From positions 1 through 62,876 of the IMG/VR virus record IMGVR_UViG_3300037558_002528: DNA of 62,876 nucleotides; one strand, given 5' to 3'. A program made the position numbers and the translations under genes. The notes under the pieces are model-generated. The model saw nothing but the letters and a program-made list of their open reading frames with translations. It was not told where the DNA came from and did no database searches. Shown here piece by piece: positions 38,956 through 47,905 of the stretch; position 1 is the stretch's first letter; each line of letters opens with the position of its first letter. This DNA comes from a virus. Taxonomy: Duplodnaviria; Caudoviricetes.

Positions 38956-39471
38956 ATGGCACGACATATTCACGTTCATTTCTACACCGGTGACGCCGGC
39001 GAGTGGAAGGAGGGCGATCACCCGCGCGCGGAGAACGGCCAGTTCGGTACCGGTGCCGCTGGCGCCGCAGCGGGGCAGGGCAGTGTCACACTGCGCGGCA
39101 ATGAGCTTGGCGGCTATGCCGATATCAAGGAGCTGCGCCAGAAGGCCCTGGTCTATGCCGAGCGGTTCATCGGAAAGCGCTTCAAGAACGCGGCCACCGG
39201 CAACGAGATCCAGGTGACGCGCTCGGGCGTGAAGCACACGGTGTTCGGCAGCCGAGACGACCTGATCAAGAGCATCCCTGCGATCCCCGATCTGCTGGAG
39301 AGATCCAAGTTGGTGGCCACCTCGCCGGACAAGCGCGGCGACCCGAACATCCTGGCGGTGGAGACCTACGAGGCCCAGCTGCATCTGGCCGGGGAGCCGC
39401 ACAAGGTGATTTTGACGGTCAAGGCGTACCAGGACGGGCGCCGCTACTACGACCATGGCTTGGTGAAATGA
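38956..39471 (+). CDS. MuF-associated cargo protein: HPRxxxGQF motif plus LPD3/BECR-like domain
   Basis: WKEGDHPRAENGQFG; NAATGNEIQVTRSGVKH...IPDLLE...VILTVK...YYDH. Confidence 0.65.
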   Translation: MARHIHVHFYTGDAGEWKEGDHPRAENGQFGTGAAGAAAGQGSVTLRGNELGGYADIKELRQKALVYAERFIGKRFKNAATGNEIQVTRSGVKHTVFGSRDDLIKSIPAIPDLLERSKLVATSPDKRGDPNILAVETYEAQLHLAGEPHKVILTVKAYQDGRRYYDHGLVK

Positions 39472-39549
39472 AAAAGGACCGCCAATTGACTTTCAAGTCT
39501 CGGTTCCTCGCACGCTGCGGAGGCGTGGTGGTTTAAACCTTGGCGATCC
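39471..39549 (-). ncRNA. Candidate ~80-nt structured RNA convergent on the LPD3-like gene
   Basis: Minus-strand TATAAT at 39557-39562, paired ends GGATCGCCAA/TTGGCGGTCC, terminal T5. Confidence 0.55.
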
Positions 39550-39588
39550 AGAAACAATTATACGCCGCTTCCCGAAAACTGAAGATCC

Positions 39589-39612
39589 AGCCCGCCCCGC
39601 GCGGGCTTTTTT
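39589..39612 (+). terminator. Intrinsic terminator
   Basis: AGCCCGC-ccc-GCGCGGGCT hairpin followed by a T tract. Confidence 0.65.
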
Positions 39613-39625
39613 ACGTGCCTACGCC

Positions 39626-40414
39626 ATGAGCAAGCCCTGCAGCTGCAAAAAATGTAGCGCCCCCGCTACGAAGACGACCGATTCCATCACCGCCAGCGGC
39701 TTCCTGACCAATGAGCAGCTGGGGCCGAAGCAGTCGATCACCGCCGAGGGCTTCCTGCTGTGCGAGGAGGTGCCCATCGCCCGCATCGGCCCGCAGATGT
39801 ACGCGGCCATCGAGCTTCCGGACCTGGAGGACAAGGACGGCGTGATCGAGGTCGAGCGCGATGCCGACGTCGTTTTCAGCGCCGAGACCATTGCCAGCTT
39901 CACCGGCAAGCCCGTGACCATCGAGCATCCCTCCGAATTGGTCACGCCGCTGACCTGGAAGAACGTCGCCAAGGGCACCGTGCACAACGTGCGGCGCGGC
40001 GAGGGCGACAAGGCAAATCTGCTGCTGGCCGACCTGCTGATCACTGACCAGGAGCTGATTGAGCTCATCGTCAAGAAGAAGCTGAAGGAGATCAGCTGCG
40101 GCTACGACGCCGAATACGAGCAAATCGCGCCTGGGCGGGCGCGGCAATCGACCATCGTGGGCAACCACGTGGCGTTTGTAGAAAGCGCCCGCTGTGGACC
40201 TGTGTGTTCTGTGCAGGATTCTGGAAAATTGATTGGAGAAACCCCCATGGCTGTAAAGCTGACCAAGTCGGCCATTGCCGACAAACTGCGCAAGATTTTC
40301 AACACCCGTGACTCGGAGGCCCTGGAGAAGGTCCTGGACGAGATGCCCGACGGCGCCGGTGGTGACGACAAGGACACCCATGTCCACATCCACATGGGGG
40401 GGGCGAACCGGTGA
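39626..40414 (+). CDS. DUF2213 prohead protease domain (5' part, ends after a G8 run)
   Basis: TAEGFLLC..VPIARIG, GKPVTIEHP, EISCGYDA, NHVAFV..ARCG. Confidence 0.85.
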   Translation: MSKPCSCKKCSAPATKTTDSITASGFLTNEQLGPKQSITAEGFLLCEEVPIARIGPQMYAAIELPDLEDKDGVIEVERDADVVFSAETIASFTGKPVTIEHPSELVTPLTWKNVAKGTVHNVRRGEGDKANLLLADLLITDQELIELIVKKKLKEISCGYDAEYEQIAPGRARQSTIVGNHVAFVESARCGPVCSVQDSGKLIGETPMAVKLTKSAIADKLRKIFNTRDSEALEKVLDEMPDGAGGDDKDTHVHIHMGGANR

Positions 40415-41019
40415 AGCCGTCCGGCACCACCGATGAGGATGATCCCGCTGCTGGCAAGGGCGACGACCCGGTGCTGGCGGCTATCGCCAAGGTGGCCGCC
40501 GCTGTCGAAGTCCTCGGCCAGCGCGTATCGGCGCTGGAGTCCGGCAAGACCACCGACTCGGAAGAGAAGGTGCCGCCGGAGGCCAAGACCACCGATGCCG
40601 ATGAAAAGGATCCTCCGGAAGCCAAAATGACCGGCGACTCCTCTTCCCTGGTGGCCGAGTTCCAGGACGCCAAGTCCCGCGCCGAAATCCTGGCACCGGG
40701 CATCAAGTTCCCGACCTTCGATGCCAAGGCTGACTTGAAGACCTCGGTCGACGCGCTGTGCAGCTTCCGCCGCCGCGCCCTGACCGTGGCCCTGGCCGGC
40801 GAGCACGAAGATCTGATCAAGGTGGTCACCGGCGATGCTGACGTCGGCAAGTTGACCTGCGACTCGGCCAAGGCCTTCTTCAATGCGGCTTCCGAGCTGG
40901 TGAAGAACAAGAACGCCTCGGTGCAGACCCACCAGCAGCAGGTCCAGTCGCAACCCACATCGTCCTTCCAGGACATCAACAAGACGCACGCCGCTTTCTG
41001 GGCGCGCAAACCCAACTAA
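40411..41019 (+). CDS. Scaffold-like region, probable -1-frame continuation of the DUF2213 protein
   Basis: TxD-rich acidic region, RAEILAPGI, DINK.HAAFW; joins upstream ORF if G8 is read as G9 or G6. Confidence 0.7.
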   Translation: MKPSGTTDEDDPAAGKGDDPVLAAIAKVAAAVEVLGQRVSALESGKTTDSEEKVPPEAKTTDADEKDPPEAKMTGDSSSLVAEFQDAKSRAEILAPGIKFPTFDAKADLKTSVDALCSFRRRALTVALAGEHEDLIKVVTGDADVGKLTCDSAKAFFNAASELVKNKNASVQTHQQQVQSQPTSSFQDINKTHAAFWARKPN

Positions 41020-41028
41020 GGAGCTGTC

Positions 41029-41778
41029 ATGCCCTCTCTGCAAGCCTATCAATACCGCATGCCGGCTGGTTTTGCCGGCGACCTGCAGCGCGCCGAAGTC
41101 GCTGTTATCGAGCCCCAGATCATTGACCCTGCCGCACCCCCGCTGTCCTTCGGCGTGCCGGTGAAGCTGGTGTCCGGGAAGATCCAACCCATCAACAGCG
41201 CCTCCGACGGCGTCAACTCGGTCTACGGCGTGAACCTGCGTCCGTACCCGATCCAAGGCAACGGCACCGATCCCCTGGGCACCTCGACCCCGCCGAGCTC
41301 CGGCGTGGCCGACATCCTCAAGCGCGGCTACGTCAACATCGTGCTGGGCGGCAGTACTGCTGCAGCAAAGGACGGCCGCGTGTATGTGCGTACCGCCAAC
41401 CCCAGTGCCGGCAAGCCGCTGGGCGGTTTCGAAGCCGCGCCCGAGTATGCAGTGACCGCCGGTGCCAATACTGGCAACGGCACTCTCGGCTCCGTCTCGA
41501 CTGGCGCCTCGCCGATGAGCGGTTCCTACAGCATCAAGTTCACCAGCTCCACCGCGTTCAACGTCACTGCTCCGGACGGCTCCAACCTTCCCGCTGGCGT
41601 CGTCGGCACCCCGTACACCAACGCCCAGATCAACTTCACGGTCACCGCTGGTGGCACCGCGTTCGCGGCCAACGACTCGTTCACCATCGGCCAGAACCTG
41701 ATCGTGCTGCCCAAGCGCTGGTACTTCACCGGCCCGGCCGATGCCTACGGCATCACCGAGCTGGCCGTCAACTACTAA
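41029..41778 (+). CDS. Head decoration/cement protein with an inserted beta domain
   Basis: Between scaffold and capsid; YRMPAGFAGD, ILKRGY, VYVR. Confidence 0.75.
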   Translation: MPSLQAYQYRMPAGFAGDLQRAEVAVIEPQIIDPAAPPLSFGVPVKLVSGKIQPINSASDGVNSVYGVNLRPYPIQGNGTDPLGTSTPPSSGVADILKRGYVNIVLGGSTAAAKDGRVYVRTANPSAGKPLGGFEAAPEYAVTAGANTGNGTLGSVSTGASPMSGSYSIKFTSSTAFNVTAPDGSNLPAGVVGTPYTNAQINFTVTAGGTAFAANDSFTIGQNLIVLPKRWYFTGPADAYGITELAVNY

Positions 41779-41850
41779 TCCCGGCGCCGCAAGCGCATCA
41801 ACTCACAGGGCCCCGCTCCGGCGGGGTTCTGCATTTTTGGAGCCATAGAA

Positions 41851-42918
41851 ATGGATATGTCCGTACAGAAGCACCTCAAGGCCCGGGAGATCGCCATCGC
41901 GTCGAGCCGTGTCGCCCGCGCCTACACCCGTGACCAGCAGTACACCTACGACCAGGCCACCGTCGACTCGACCGGCGCCTTCCTGGTGGGCCAGCTGGAA
42001 CGCCTGGACCAGACCCTGAACGAACCGCTGGTCGAATACACCTGGTCGCGCGACATCGAGATCCGCACCGACGTCTCGGCGGCCGATGAAGTCGCCTCGT
42101 TCACCAACTCGGCGTTCGCCATGTCCGGCGGCATCAACCCGGGTGGCCTGAACTGGATCTCCAACGAGGGCAATGCCCTGGCCGGTCCCTCGCTGGACAT
42201 CGGCAAGACCCCGCAGCCCATGCGCCTGTGGGGCGCGGAAGTCCGCTACACCGTGCCTGAGCTGGTGAAGGCCCAGAAGCTGGGCATGCCCATCGATGCG
42301 CAGAAGGTCGAGGCCATGAACCTCAAGCGCAACATGGACCTGGACAACATCGTCTACATCGGCGATGCGAATCAGGGCTTCACCGGCCTGGTCAACTCCA
42401 CCAGCTTGGTGGGCAGCGTCTCGAACGTGGCCAATGGCGCCGCTGGCACCCCGCAGTGGACCACCAAGACCCCCAACGAGATCCTGAAGGATGTCAACGA
42501 GCTGCTGACCACCGCCTGGCAGAACGCCGGCTGGAAGGTGATGCCCAATCGCCTGCTGCTGCCCCCGGCTCAGTACGGATATCTGGCCTCGACCCTGGTG
42601 AGCCTCTCCGGCAATCAGTCGATCCTGACCTACGTGCTGGAGAACAACATCTGCACCAAGTCCGGCACCCCGCTCGAGATCCTGCCGCTGAAGTGGCTGA
42701 TCGGCGGCGGTACGGGCGGTACCCTGGGCCAACTCGGCACCGTTGACCGCATGGTCGCGTACAACAAGGACAAGAAGTATGTCCAGTTCCCCATGACCGA
42801 GCTGCAGCGCACCCCGCTGGAATATCGTTCGCTGTTCCAGATCACCACCTACTGGGCGCGCTTCGGTCAGGTCGAGTTCCGTTACGGCACGACCCTGGCC
42901 TACCGCGACGGTATCTAA
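41851..42918 (+). CDS. Major capsid protein (DUF2184 type)
   Basis: GAFLVGQLERLD, TWSRDI, GLVN, W..KTP.EILKDVN, DRMVAY, YRDGI. Confidence 0.9.
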   Translation: MDMSVQKHLKAREIAIASSRVARAYTRDQQYTYDQATVDSTGAFLVGQLERLDQTLNEPLVEYTWSRDIEIRTDVSAADEVASFTNSAFAMSGGINPGGLNWISNEGNALAGPSLDIGKTPQPMRLWGAEVRYTVPELVKAQKLGMPIDAQKVEAMNLKRNMDLDNIVYIGDANQGFTGLVNSTSLVGSVSNVANGAAGTPQWTTKTPNEILKDVNELLTTAWQNAGWKVMPNRLLLPPAQYGYLASTLVSLSGNQSILTYVLENNICTKSGTPLEILPLKWLIGGGTGGTLGQLGTVDRMVAYNKDKKYVQFPMTELQRTPLEYRSLFQITTYWARFGQVEFRYGTTLAYRDGI

Positions 42919-42929
42919 GGAGAGGGCGA

Positions 42930-43391
42930 ATGGCTAAAATCTATGTCCATACGCCCTTCGAACTCCAGCATGGGCCGGAAAAGCTGGAGTTCGGGGTAGG
43001 CGTGCACGAGGTCGCCCGCGACGTCGCTGACCACTGGTACGTGCAGCACTTCATCGGCGAGGATCCTGGCGCTGGCAAGTCCGAGGACAGCCAGGCCGCC
43101 GACGCCCTGCTGGTCGAGCTGGACGGCCGCGAGCAGGAACTGCGCAAGCAGCTCGGCCTGCTGGAAGCCGAGAAGGCCGACCTGATCGAGCGCGAGAAGA
43201 AGCTTGCCGAGGCCGAAGAAGCCGCCAAGGCCAGGGCAGCGGAGCTGGAGAAGCGTGACCTGGCCCTGGCAGATGCCGAGGCCGATGTCCGGGCCAAAGC
43301 GGCGGCAGTCGATCTGCGCGAGGCCGCGGTGGCCGAGCGCGAGAAGGGTGCGGACGCCAAGACCGAAGGCAGCACCAAAAACAAGAAGTGA
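42930..43391 (+). CDS. Phage protein after capsid (VADHWYV motif plus coiled coil)
   Basis: SD GGAGAGG, synteny. Confidence 0.7.
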   Translation: MAKIYVHTPFELQHGPEKLEFGVGVHEVARDVADHWYVQHFIGEDPGAGKSEDSQAADALLVELDGREQELRKQLGLLEAEKADLIEREKKLAEAEEAAKARAAELEKRDLALADAEADVRAKAAAVDLREAAVAEREKGADAKTEGSTKNKK

Positions 43392-43400
43392 CGGGAAACC

Positions 43401-43784
43401 ATGGACTCAGCGACTTTCAGGCAGGACTTTCCAGAGTTTGGCGACACAGGTGTCTATACCGATGCCCAGGTCACGTTCTGGCTGACGGTCGCTGAGAACC
43501 TGGTGAACCGTGAGCGCTGGGGTGGTCTGGCTGACCAGGGTGTGGAACTGGTTACCTCTCACCACTTGGTGCTGGCGCGGCGCGATGAGCTGGCCTCCTC
43601 GGTCGGCGGCGTACCCGGCCTGATGACGGGGCCGCAGTCGAGCAAATCTGTCGACAAGGTAAGTGCCAGCTTCGACACCGGCAGCGCCACAGTGGACGGC
43701 GCCGGCTTCTGGAACCTCACCACCTACGGCGTGCGATACGCCTCTCTCGCAAAACTCTTCGGCGCCGGCGGCTTGCAGGTATAA
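43401..43784 (+). CDS. Head-tail adaptor (DUF4054 type)
   Basis: FRQDFPEF, SVDKVS, WNLTTYG. Confidence 0.85.
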   Translation: MDSATFRQDFPEFGDTGVYTDAQVTFWLTVAENLVNRERWGGLADQGVELVTSHHLVLARRDELASSVGGVPGLMTGPQSSKSVDKVSASFDTGSATVDGAGFWNLTTYGVRYASLAKLFGAGGLQV

Positions 43785-43808
43785 CGCCCGGCCGCCAGCA
43801 AGGCGGCC

Positions 43809-44360
43809 ATGCCCGATTTCATCAAGATAGACAACCTCGCAAAGGTCCTCCAGGCGATCAACGATCTGGCGGGCAAGGACGTGCTCGTCGGTATCCCTGA
43901 CAGTGCGCCGGAGCGGGAGCCGGACGATGACGGCGGCATGCCGCCACCCAGCAACGCCGTCATCGGCTACCTGCAGGAAACGGGCATGCCCGAGCACAAC
44001 GTGCCGGCGCGGCCGTTCCTGGTCCCTGGCGTGGCCAGCGTGCAGGACAAGGTGGCCAGCCGCTTGGGTAAGGCGGCCGAGGCGGTGCTGAGCGGCGACA
44101 AGAGCGGTGCAGAGTCCCAGATGGGACGTGCGGGCCTGGAAGCCCAGAACGCCGTGCGTGCGCGCATCAACAGCGGCATCGGCCCGGCGCTTTCCGAAGC
44201 AACCCTGCGCCAGCGCGCGCGGCGCGGCCGGAAGGGCGCCATGCTGGAGCTGGAGCGGCGCGCCGGGGGCATGGAGCCCAGCACCGAATACGCCAAGCCG
44301 CTGGTCGACACCGGCCAGTTGCGCAATTCAATCACCTATGTCATTCGGAAGAAAAGCTGA
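43809..44360 (+). CDS. Neck / virion morphogenesis protein
   Basis: VLVGIP, PARPFL, KPLVDTGQLRNSITY. Confidence 0.8.
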   Translation: MPDFIKIDNLAKVLQAINDLAGKDVLVGIPDSAPEREPDDDGGMPPPSNAVIGYLQETGMPEHNVPARPFLVPGVASVQDKVASRLGKAAEAVLSGDKSGAESQMGRAGLEAQNAVRARINSGIGPALSEATLRQRARRGRKGAMLELERRAGGMEPSTEYAKPLVDTGQLRNSITYVIRKKS

Positions 44361-44362
44361 CC

Positions 44363-44734
44363 ATGGCGTTGCTTGATGTCACCGACGTGCTGCTGGACCC
44401 CGATTTCATGGATCTCGGGATCATCTGCTGCCGGCAGGACCAGGTCGTCGGAGACGACGGCCGGGCCGCCAACACCGAAACGCAGACACCATTTGCGGGT
44501 GTGGTGACCAGCGACAGCGGCGATGTGCTGCAGCGGATCGCCGAGGGCAGCAGGATCGTCGGATCCATCACGATCCACACGATCTTCCGCCTGCAGGATG
44601 GCGGTGCCGGCCGTGATGCCGATGAGGTGATCTGGAGCGGTACCCGCTACACGGTCTCGAACGTCAACAACTACTCCCACTTCGGCCGCGGCTTCGTCGC
44701 TGCGACCTGTGACCTGAAACCACTCTCCGGATAG
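44363..44734 (+). CDS. Head closure-like protein
   Basis: LDVTDVLLDPDF; synteny. Confidence 0.7.
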   Translation: MALLDVTDVLLDPDFMDLGIICCRQDQVVGDDGRAANTETQTPFAGVVTSDSGDVLQRIAEGSRIVGSITIHTIFRLQDGGAGRDADEVIWSGTRYTVSNVNNYSHFGRGFVAATCDLKPLSG

Positions 44735-44737
44735 ACC

Positions 44738-45328
44738 ATGAATACGAGCGCAACAGGCGGCTACCTGGTGCCGGCTGTTGCCTCGCCGCCGCTGGAAGAC
44801 GACGCCCTCGATACCCTGCTGCAAAACATGATCGCGGGCATCTCTGGTCTCCAGGGCGCCATGGTGCGCCCGCGGTGGCAGCCCACGGTACCGAAACAGC
44901 CGGAGCCGGGCGTGAACTGGTGCGCCTTCGGCGTGATGAGCCAGCAGAACGATGCCGGCCCGGCCCTCCAGCATGACCCTGCTGGCCAGGGCAACGACGT
45001 CTATATCCGCCACCAGGATCTGACCGTGCTGTGCAGCTTCTACGGTCCTGGCGCCAAGGGCCTCGCCCAGGCGCTGGCCGATGGCCTGACGATCCCGCAG
45101 AACAACGAGGCTATCGGCGCCCAGGGCATGCGCTTCGTCGATGCAGAAGTCATCCGCGCAGTGCCCGACCTAGTGAACCAGCAGTGGATTCGTCGGTACG
45201 ACTTGAACATCAGGATGCGCCGCAAGATCCAGCGCACCTACCCAGTTTTGAATCTCCTGTCGGCCACAGTGCAGACGCAAACCGACGGCAGCCTGCCGAT
45301 CACCCCGAACCAAACCATCACCGAATAA
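44738..45328 (+). CDS. Tail terminator / completion protein
   Basis: VRPRWQP, SFYGP; immediately before sheath. Confidence 0.7.
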   Translation: MNTSATGGYLVPAVASPPLEDDALDTLLQNMIAGISGLQGAMVRPRWQPTVPKQPEPGVNWCAFGVMSQQNDAGPALQHDPAGQGNDVYIRHQDLTVLCSFYGPGAKGLAQALADGLTIPQNNEAIGAQGMRFVDAEVIRAVPDLVNQQWIRRYDLNIRMRRKIQRTYPVLNLLSATVQTQTDGSLPITPNQTITE

Positions 45329-45340
45329 AGGAAGGCCACC

Positions 45341-46816
45341 ATGAACAATGGATTGCCCGTGTCGCGCCTGATCGACGTCACCATCAACATGTCGCCGGCG
45401 GCCGCCCAAGGCGCGAACCTGAACACGGCGCTGTATCTTGGGGCCACCCCCGTGATCGACACCGCAGAGCGCATGCGCGCTTATGGCTCGATTGGCGAGG
45501 TCGGCAACGACTACAGCACTACCGATCCGGAATATCTGGCCGCGAAATTCCACTTCCAGCAGACTCCGCAGCCGTCCGAGGTGCTCATTGGCCGCTGGGC
45601 CAAGACGGCGACGTCTGGCCTGCTGCGTGGTGCTGCGCTGTCGACCGCCCAGCAGGCGCTGGCGACCTGGAAGGCTGTGACTGCCGGATCGTTCCGGGTC
45701 ACCATCGACGCCACTGTCAAGACGCTCTCCGCCCTAGACTTCTCGGGCGTGAGCAACTTGAACGGCGTGGCCACCATCATCACCACGGCCCTGGCCGGCG
45801 CGATCTGCGTATGGAATGGCACCCAGTTCGTGATCACGTCGCCCACCACCGGAGCGAACTCCAAGGTCAGTTACGCCAGTGCCACCGGATCCGGCACCGA
45901 CATCTCGGCCATGCTCGGCATGACCAGCAGCGTGGCGCCGGCACCGGTCGACGGTATCGTGGCCGAGGCCCCGGACGCCTGCGTTTCGCTGTTCCTGAAT
46001 CGCTTTGCGAACAAGTTCCTCGGCCTGGCGTTTGCAGATACCTCGCTGACCAATGACCAGCATGTGGCGGTCGCGGACCTGATTGAGGCAGATCAGGCAC
46101 ATATTTACGGAGCTACCACTCAAGAGCCGGGCACCCTGGACAGCACCGTCACGACCGACCTGCTGTCTCGGTTCAAGGCCAAGGGCTACAAATATTCGTT
46201 CGCTCAGTACTCCAGCACCAGCCCATACGCTGCGGCATCGATGTTCGGTCGCCTGCTGACGACGGATTTCGATGCGAACAACACCACGATCACCCTGATG
46301 TTCAAGCAGGAGCCGGGCATCGTGGCCGAGACACTGACCACGTCCCAGGCCAATACGCTGCAGGACAAGCGCGGCAACGTGTTCGTGGCCTACAGCAACG
46401 ACACCGCGATCATCCAATACGGCATCACCCCCAGCGGCATCTACATCGACTCGGTCTACAACTCGATCTGGTTCCAGAACCGTGTGCAGACTGACGTCTA
46501 CAACCTCCTGTACCAGAGCACGACCAAGATCCCGCAGACCGATGCGGGCAATGCGCTGATTGCTTCGGTGATCGAGGGTGCGTGCGAGGCAGCGGTGAAC
46601 AACGGTTACCTGGCACCGGGCGTGTGGAACGCCGGCGGCTTCGGTGTGCTGAAGCAGGGCGATACCCTGAGCAAGGGCTACTACGTCTACGCACCACCGA
46701 TTGCCTCGCAATCGCAGTCGGACCGCGAGGCACGCAAGTCGGTGCCGTTCCAGATCGCGGCCAAGGAAGCCGGCGCCATCCACACCGCTGACATCCTGAT
46801 CAACGTCAACCGCTAA
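45341..46816 (+). CDS. Contractile tail sheath protein (DUF3383 type)
   Basis: [33 protein letters not shown]. Confidence 0.88.
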   Translation: MNNGLPVSRLIDVTINMSPAAAQGANLNTALYLGATPVIDTAERMRAYGSIGEVGNDYSTTDPEYLAAKFHFQQTPQPSEVLIGRWAKTATSGLLRGAALSTAQQALATWKAVTAGSFRVTIDATVKTLSALDFSGVSNLNGVATIITTALAGAICVWNGTQFVITSPTTGANSKVSYASATGSGTDISAMLGMTSSVAPAPVDGIVAEAPDACVSLFLNRFANKFLGLAFADTSLTNDQHVAVADLIEADQAHIYGATTQEPGTLDSTVTTDLLSRFKAKGYKYSFAQYSSTSPYAAASMFGRLLTTDFDANNTTITLMFKQEPGIVAETLTTSQANTLQDKRGNVFVAYSNDTAIIQYGITPSGIYIDSVYNSIWFQNRVQTDVYNLLYQSTTKIPQTDAGNALIASVIEGACEAAVNNGYLAPGVWNAGGFGVLKQGDTLSKGYYVYAPPIASQSQSDREARKSVPFQIAAKEAGAIHTADILINVNR

Positions 46817-46830
46817 GAAAAGGCTGAAAA

Positions 46831-47271
46831 ATGGCAACTTATTCCTTGATGGATGTGCAGGCGTCGTTCGCCGGCCCCTCGGGTGCATTCGAGCTGGGCT
46901 ATGGAGAAGCGGTAGCCGAAGAGGGTATCGACATCGTCCGCAACGGCGACAAGAACACCATGACCATGGGCGGCGATGGTGAGGGCATGCACAGCCTGCA
47001 TGCTGACAAGTCCGGCCAGATCACTCTGCGCTACCTGAAGACTGCACCGATCAATGCCAAGCTGATGGCCGCCTACAACGCCCAGACCATGGACAGCCGC
47101 TTGCACGGTAAGAACATCATCACGGTGACGAACTCCGCCAGCGGCGATGTGCATGCCGGGCGCCAGTGCGCCTTCAAGAAGGTCCCCGACATGAAATACG
47201 CCAAGGATGGCGATATCGTGGCCTGGGTCTTCGACGTGATCAAGCTCGACTCGATGCTGGGTACCTACTGA
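46831..47271 (+). CDS. Tail tube protein (DUF3277 type)
   Basis: TYS..DV, AEEGI, MGGDGEGMHSL; follows sheath. Confidence 0.82.
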   Translation: MATYSLMDVQASFAGPSGAFELGYGEAVAEEGIDIVRNGDKNTMTMGGDGEGMHSLHADKSGQITLRYLKTAPINAKLMAAYNAQTMDSRLHGKNIITVTNSASGDVHAGRQCAFKKVPDMKYAKDGDIVAWVFDVIKLDSMLGTY

Positions 47272-47273
47272 TC

Positions 47274-47720
47274 ATGGGCATCGAACTCGAAGTGGCCGGG
47301 AAGGCCTATTCCATCGGCAAGATGTCCGCGATGAAACAGTTTCACGTCTCGCGCCGCATCGCGCCGCTCATCCCCAAGCTGATTCCCCTGTTCACCCGCG
47401 TGAAATCGTCCGGGGGCGCCATTTCTGCCGACCTGGACGGCATGGCCGAAGTGCTGCAGCCGTTTGCTGATGCCTTGGCCGAGATGAATGACGCCGATGC
47501 GGAATACGTGATGGGCGCCTGCATGGCCGCAGTTCAGCGGAAGAATGAGTATGGTTGGACAGCGGCCTGGAACGAGCAGGCAAAGGGCCCGATGTTCGAT
47601 GACATCGACCTGGGTGTCATGCTCCCGCTCACCGTGCGCTGCATCGTGGCGAACCTTGGCCCTTTTATTCAAGGGCTGCTTACAAGCCCAGGGGGCAGCC
47701 CGGAGACTCCAGCTGGCTGA
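47274..47720 (+). CDS. Tail assembly chaperone (G-like)
   Basis: Between tube and tape measure; KMSAMKQFHVSRRIAP. Confidence 0.8.
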   Translation: MGIELEVAGKAYSIGKMSAMKQFHVSRRIAPLIPKLIPLFTRVKSSGGAISADLDGMAEVLQPFADALAEMNDADAEYVMGACMAAVQRKNEYGWTAAWNEQAKGPMFDDIDLGVMLPLTVRCIVANLGPFIQGLLTSPGGSPETPAG

Positions 47721-47905
47721 AGTCCTTGCCGGATGGTGAGGACTGGCTGCTGGCCCCGGCGCTGGCCGGTGTCTGCCGGTATGAATCCATCATCGACGGC
47801 ACGCTCGGGCTGCACGACATCGCCCTGATGAATGATGCCATGGCGGTGAAGGCTGACAACGAAGCAGAGGCGCGCCGGCGGGCGCGGAACGAGGAAAATG
47901 GCTGA
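47660..47905 (+). CDS. -1 frameshift extension of the tail chaperone (GT-like)
   Basis: Slippery C CCT TTT at 47660-47666; -1 frame open to TGA 47903-47905 (LPDGEDWLLAP...DGTLGLHDIALMND). Confidence 0.75.
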   Translation, partial: PFYSRAAYKPRGQPGDSSWLKSLPDGEDWLLAPALAGVCRYESIIDGTLGLHDIALMNDAMAVKADNEAEARRRARNEENG

